From assembly GCA_017561205.1 (NCBI GenBank), contig JAFZDL010000037.1, positions 3,490-67,489 on the forward strand: DNA of 64,000 nucleotides, in the 5' to 3' direction. Of the stretch, positions 59,865 through 64,000 are shown piece after piece. The translations under genes and the position numbers were made by a program. Each line of letters starts with the position of its first letter. Within the stretch, counting starts at the first letter, position 1. The stretch is from Oscillospiraceae bacterium. Its GTDB lineage: Bacteria; Bacillota; Clostridia; Oscillospirales; Oscillospiraceae. The notes under the pieces were generated by a model. It saw only the letters and a program-made list of their open reading frames with translations. It had not been told where the DNA came from and did no database searches.

Positions 59865-60156
59865 TTATTCAACTTCTAAAAGTATTATGGAGCACCTTTT
59901 CTTTTGGCAAAATAAATGCGTTTCCAGTAGTTTAATGTCTATCTGCGAATCGTCGCTTGCAATCATACTCCGTTTCAGTTCCTCCGTTGTTCAGCTTAAA
60001 TGTGAAGGGCTGGTACACATACGTTTCAGGATCGCAGCACATGGTATTTTAAATCAGATTATCACCAGTTACCAGATCTCGGATTGCCAAAATATCACCA
60101 TTAAACTCATCGATAGCAAGGTGAATGCTGTCGTGGTAAAAATGTACCTTCGGCAT
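59865..60156 (-). pseudogene. Gene remnant with an in-frame stop and probable internal deletion
   Basis: GGAGG plus ATG 60156 gives MPKVHFYHDSIHLAIDEFNGDILAIRDLVTGDNLI*NTMCCDPETYVYQPFTFKL...; another frame ends ...SIILLEVE* just before the terminator. Confidence 0.5.
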
Positions 60157-60171
60157 ACAAAACCTCCAATA

Positions 60172-60756
60172 TTAAGGATTTGCAGCATCCATAATAATTT
60201 TCAGTAATTCTTCCCTGCCGGTCCCTTTTTCAGCAGAAAAAGGAATTACAGGGCATTTTTCCGGTAAATTCAGATCTTCCTGAATGGTTTTGAGATTGGG
60301 TTCGATTTCGCTCTTTTTTAGCTTATCAAGCTTATTCGCCACAACCACGAACGGGCAACCACTGTCCAAAAACCAGTTCGCCATCGTGATGTCGTTATTT
60401 GTAGGTGGGTGGCGGGAATCCACGATCAAAATACCCAAGTCAATCCGCTGGGCAGCAAAATAATCTTCCATCAACTTGCTCCAGCGATCTTTCTCCTTTT
60501 GGGAAACCTTTGCGTAACCGTAACCCGGCAGATCCACAAAATAGCAAGTCTTGTCAATGGTGAAATAATTCACATGGATTGTCTTGCCGGGTTTTTCACC
60601 AACACGGGCAAAATTTTTCCGTTGCAGAATCCGGTTGATCACCGAGGACTTACCCACATTGGATTTGCCGGCAAAAGCAATCTCCGGCAATCGGTTAGCG
60701 GGAAAATCCTTGGGGCTTGCTGCAGAAATCAAAAATTCAACATTATGAAGATTCAT
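60172..60756 (-). CDS. engB: Ribosome biogenesis GTPase YihA/EngB
   Basis: AGKSNVGKSS, DLPGYGYA and NKLD motifs. Confidence 0.96.
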   Translation of the reverse strand: MNLHNVEFLISAASPKDFPANRLPEIAFAGKSNVGKSSVINRILQRKNFARVGEKPGKTIHVNYFTIDKTCYFVDLPGYGYAKVSQKEKDRWSKLMEDYFAAQRIDLGILIVDSRHPPTNNDITMANWFLDSGCPFVVVANKLDKLKKSEIEPNLKTIQEDLNLPEKCPVIPFSAEKGTGREELLKIIMDAANP

Positions 60757-60765
60757 AACACTACC

Positions 60766-63168
60766 TCATTGGCGAATGACAGGCTTTCTAAGCTGGGATT
60801 TCACCTCGCCGGGTAAATCCGTCAGAATGGGAGGAACAATCTCTGTAACCCGGTTCAGGGCCGTATCTAAAACCGTTTCAATGGTCTGTGCGGTCACAAA
60901 ATTCAAGGCGCTACGAACTGCCTGGTCAATTTCAGTCAAATCTCGCTCGTTATCCTTGGGAATAATCACTGTGCGAATGCCGTGACGCAAGGCTGCCATT
61001 GTTTTTTCTTTCAGACCGCCGATGGGAAGTACGCGACCACGGAGAGATATCTCACCGGTCATAGCAACGTCTCGCCGTACAGTCACGCCTGTCAGGGCAG
61101 AAATAATTGCCGTGCATACCGTGATACCGGCTGAGGGTCCATCCTTCGGCACAGCGCCTTCCGGGAAATGCACGTGGATATCCTTTGTTTTGTAGAAATC
61201 TTTCTCAATGCCCAATTTTTCATAATTGGCGCGGATATAGCTAAGAGCTGCGTGGGCAGATTCCTTCATAACATCGCCCAAATTACCGGTCAGCTCCAGT
61301 TTGCCGGTACCCTCCATCACATTGACTTCTACTTCAAGGGTTTCCCCACCTACCGATGTCCAGGCAAGTCCGGTTACCAGACCAACCTGGTCATTGCTAG
61401 GCAAACGATCGGGAAGATACTTTCTAACACCCAAGTAACTCTCAACATTGCTTCCGGTTACAGTAATGCGCTTGGCGCTCTCCTCGCCAACAATTTGCAT
61501 ATCTGCCTTCCGGCAAATCTCTGCAATGAATCGCTCCAAATTACGGACACCGGATTCTCTCGTGTAGCAACGGATGATCTCACGGATTGCGTCATCAGAA
61601 ACCTTTAATTGCGACTTCTTCAAACCGTGTTTTTGAAGTTGCTTGGGAATCAAGTGATCCTTAGCAATCATCAGCTTTTCTTCATCGGTATAAGAACCCA
61701 ACTCGATGATTTCCATACGGTCAAGCAAAGGCCTCGGGATCGTATCTAATGTGTTAGCTGTTGTGATGAACATCACATTGCTCAAATCAAAGGGAATCTC
61801 CAAGTAATGGTCCCGGTAGGTCTTATTCTGTTCTCCGTCAAGGACTTCCAGTAATGCCGCGCTGGGATCACCGCGGTGATCAGAGCCCATCTTGTCCACT
61901 TCGTCTAACAATATCAGCGGATTCGAACTGCCGGCTTGTGTCAGCGCAGTGAGGATTCTGCCGGGCATAGCGCCCACATAGGTCTTGCGGTGACCGCGAA
62001 TGTCAGCCTCGTCGTGAACACCCCCAAGAGCAATTCTTGCCATTTTTCTGTTCAAGCTTCTGGCAATGGAATATGCCACCGAGGTTTTGCCTACACCGGG
62101 AGGGCCAACAAGACAGAGGATCTGCGGAGGCATTTCCGGTGCAAGCTGGCGAACAGCAATGGTCTCCAGAATTCTTGATTTCACCTTTTCCAGGCCAAAA
62201 TGATCTTTATCCAGAATCTTTTTAGCAACGGCAACATCAATTCGTTCCTTTGTTGCGGTATTCCAAGGTAATTCCAGTACAGTATCCAGGTAATTTCGCA
62301 GAACAGATGCTTCCACAGAGCCAAACGGTTGCTTCTTAAGCCGCTGAAGGTCTTTAAGGAGCTTTTCTTCAGATTCTTGTGGCAGATTCAGCAGTAAAAT
62401 ATTCTTCTCGTATTCAGCGAACTCAGACGCGTCATCACCCTCGCCCAATTCCTCCCGAATGGCCTTGATCTGCTCACGCAAATAATAGTCCCGTTGTTCC
62501 CGATCCATATTGACCCGGGTCTTTTCCTGGATATCTGCCTCAATGTGCAGCATTTGAATCTCCTGCTGCAGCAGTTTTAAGGTGTTCTCCATACGGCGAA
62601 TAGGGTTTAATTGACAAAGCAGTTTTGCCTTGTCCCGATAGTCAATGCCGGAATTTTGTGCAATGGCATCAGCAACAAAACTGCAATCCTCTGATGCCAA
62701 AATCTGCAGATGCACAGTCTGTGCAGGACGCTCAACCATATCGCTGTACGCTCCATAGAGCATTGTAGCTTCCCGACAAAGTGCACGGCCACGGAGGACA
62801 TCCTTCACGGGCATAGACTGCACAGATTCCACCACACCAGCAAGGTATGGCTCATTCTGGGTCAATTCCAAAATTCTTGCCCGATACAGCCCCTCAACCA
62901 AAACACGAACATTCTCGTTCTGTGCTTTGAGTACCTGTTTGACCTTGACGACAGTGCCCATAGGGTACAAACCGGTTAAACCGGGGTCATCATCCAAAAT
63001 GTTCTTTTGAGGAACTAAAAGAAGCGTCTGATCGTGCTTCATTGCATATTCCAAGGCAAGGGCAGACTTCTTGCGGCCCACATCAAAATGGATGGTCTGC
63101 TTTGGGAATACCGCAAGCCCACGGAGGGCTAAAACCGGCAATCTGCCGGATATTAAAATCTCACTCAT
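60766..63168 (-). CDS. lon: ATP-dependent Lon protease
   Basis: [29 protein letters not shown] and GGLKEK motifs. Confidence 0.97.
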   Translation of the reverse strand: MSEILISGRLPVLALRGLAVFPKQTIHFDVGRKKSALALEYAMKHDQTLLLVPQKNILDDDPGLTGLYPMGTVVKVKQVLKAQNENVRVLVEGLYRARILELTQNEPYLAGVVESVQSMPVKDVLRGRALCREATMLYGAYSDMVERPAQTVHLQILASEDCSFVADAIAQNSGIDYRDKAKLLCQLNPIRRMENTLKLLQQEIQMLHIEADIQEKTRVNMDREQRDYYLREQIKAIREELGEGDDASEFAEYEKNILLLNLPQESEEKLLKDLQRLKKQPFGSVEASVLRNYLDTVLELPWNTATKERIDVAVAKKILDKDHFGLEKVKSRILETIAVRQLAPEMPPQILCLVGPPGVGKTSVAYSIARSLNRKMARIALGGVHDEADIRGHRKTYVGAMPGRILTALTQAGSSNPLILLDEVDKMGSDHRGDPSAALLEVLDGEQNKTYRDHYLEIPFDLSNVMFITTANTLDTIPRPLLDRMEIIELGSYTDEEKLMIAKDHLIPKQLQKHGLKKSQLKVSDDAIREIIRCYTRESGVRNLERFIAEICRKADMQIVGEESAKRITVTGSNVESYLGVRKYLPDRLPSNDQVGLVTGLAWTSVGGETLEVEVNVMEGTGKLELTGNLGDVMKESAHAALSYIRANYEKLGIEKDFYKTKDIHVHFPEGAVPKDGPSAGITVCTAIISALTGVTVRRDVAMTGEISLRGRVLPIGGLKEKTMAALRHGIRTVIIPKDNERDLTEIDQAVRSALNFVTAQTIETVLDTALNRVTEIVPPILTDLPGEVKSQLRKPVIRQ

Positions 63169-63226
63169 ATATCCATTTCCTTTCCGGATATAAACAAAAG
63201 GGGTAGTGATGCTACCCCTCTTGACA

Positions 63227-64000
63227 TTATCTTCCCATACCGAGTTTCTGCCGGGGCTTATCCTTATCCCGCAAAATCTTCGGTTCTTTACCGTCTATCG
63301 CATCCGGTGTGATAACCACTTTCTGGATGGAGAGGTCAGAGGGAATCACATACATAATTTTTGTCATGGTTTCTTCCATAACTGCCCGCAAACCGCGAGC
63401 ACCGATCTGCCTATCAACTGCCTTTTTAGCAACAGCTTCCAAGGCCTTAGGCTGGAACTGCAGCTCAACATTATCCATTGCAAGAAGAGCTTGATATTGC
63501 TTGGTGAGCGCATTTTTAGGCTCGGTTAGAATCCGGACCAAATCCTCCTGCTTGAGATCGTTTAAGCTGGTAATGACAGGCATACGGCCTACAAGCTCAG
63601 GAATAATACCAAACTTAATAAGATCATGGGGCTGTACCTGGGCAAAAAGCTTGCCGATATCTCGGTTCTTCTTGCTCTCCACAGGCGCATCAAATCCGAT
63701 TGCGGATTTATCAGTTCTGGACTCAATTATCTTTTCCAAACCATCAAACGCGCCACCGCAGATAAAGAGGATCTTGGATGTATCCACAGGAATGGTCTCC
63801 TGCTGGGGGTGTTTGCGGCCACCCTGGGGCGGCACATTGGCAACAGTACCTTCCAGTATCTTCAACAATGCTTGCTGCACGCCTTCACCGGAAACGTCCC
63901 GGGTTATGGAGGTGTTTTCGCTCTTGCGGGCGATCTTATCCATCTCGTCAATGTAGATAATACCGCGCTCTGCACGCTCCAGGTCAAAATCAGCGGCCTG
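63227..64000 (-). CDS. clpX: ATP-dependent Clp protease ATP-binding subunit ClpX (partial, 5' end outside window)
   Basis: [35 protein letters not shown] and GARGLR motifs. Confidence 0.96.
   Translation of the reverse strand, partial: QAADFDLERAERGIIYIDEMDKIARKSENTSITRDVSGEGVQQALLKILEGTVANVPPQGGRKHPQQETIPVDTSKILFICGGAFDGLEKIIESRTDKSAIGFDAPVESKKNRDIGKLFAQVQPHDLIKFGIIPELVGRMPVITSLNDLKQEDLVRILTEPKNALTKQYQALLAMDNVELQFQPKALEAVAKKAVDRQIGARGLRAVMEETMTKIMYVIPSDLSIQKVVITPDAIDGKEPKILRDKDKPRQKLGMGR

Noticed and set aside
59506-60207. 233-aa + strand ORF
   Set aside because: Runs antisense over a membrane gene, two terminator hairpins, a gene remnant and the engB end; no RBS or motif

Overview
This is a chromosomal core-genome window of a spore-forming Clostridia bacterium; gene content and synteny resemble Oscillospiraceae. 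From the left it carries secE-rpmG, yqgF, a split TauE pair and tRNA-Ala(CGC), then a ParB-like/BMP fusion with a phosphoesterase, a G1P dehydrogenase with a HAD phosphatase, and an ABC importer with an OB-fold lipoprotein. The middle holds spoIIAA-AB-sigF, pcrA-yunB-ligA, ylbJ, yqfCD-phoH-ybeY-era-recO-mutS2, HPr, uvrC-rsmD-coaD, a phosphomutase, tepA-uppP-like-spoIIIE, an ECF S component and spoIIIAA-AH. The right end has nusB-xseAB-ispA, cotJ, a cwlD-like amidase, radA, two Xer-family recombinases, pfkA and engB-lon-clpX. I saw no CRISPR array, IS element or prophage. Gene orientation flips from mostly + to all - at about 53-57.5 kb, which suggests the replication terminus. In that zone, about 600 bp upstream of a xer gene with a LexA-box-like site, lies a perfect 16-bp inverted repeat with an AAAA-N6-TTTT core. 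It is my best candidate for an undescribed single-recombinase dif system. Other notable items are a cytoplasmic ParB/Srx-BMP plus phosphoesterase module, a Mycoplasma-like nucleic-acid-scavenging ABC locus, an apparently catalytically dead UppP, a pan-like RNA leader and a deletion-scar pseudogene. All calls come from reading motifs by eye; no database searches were run.
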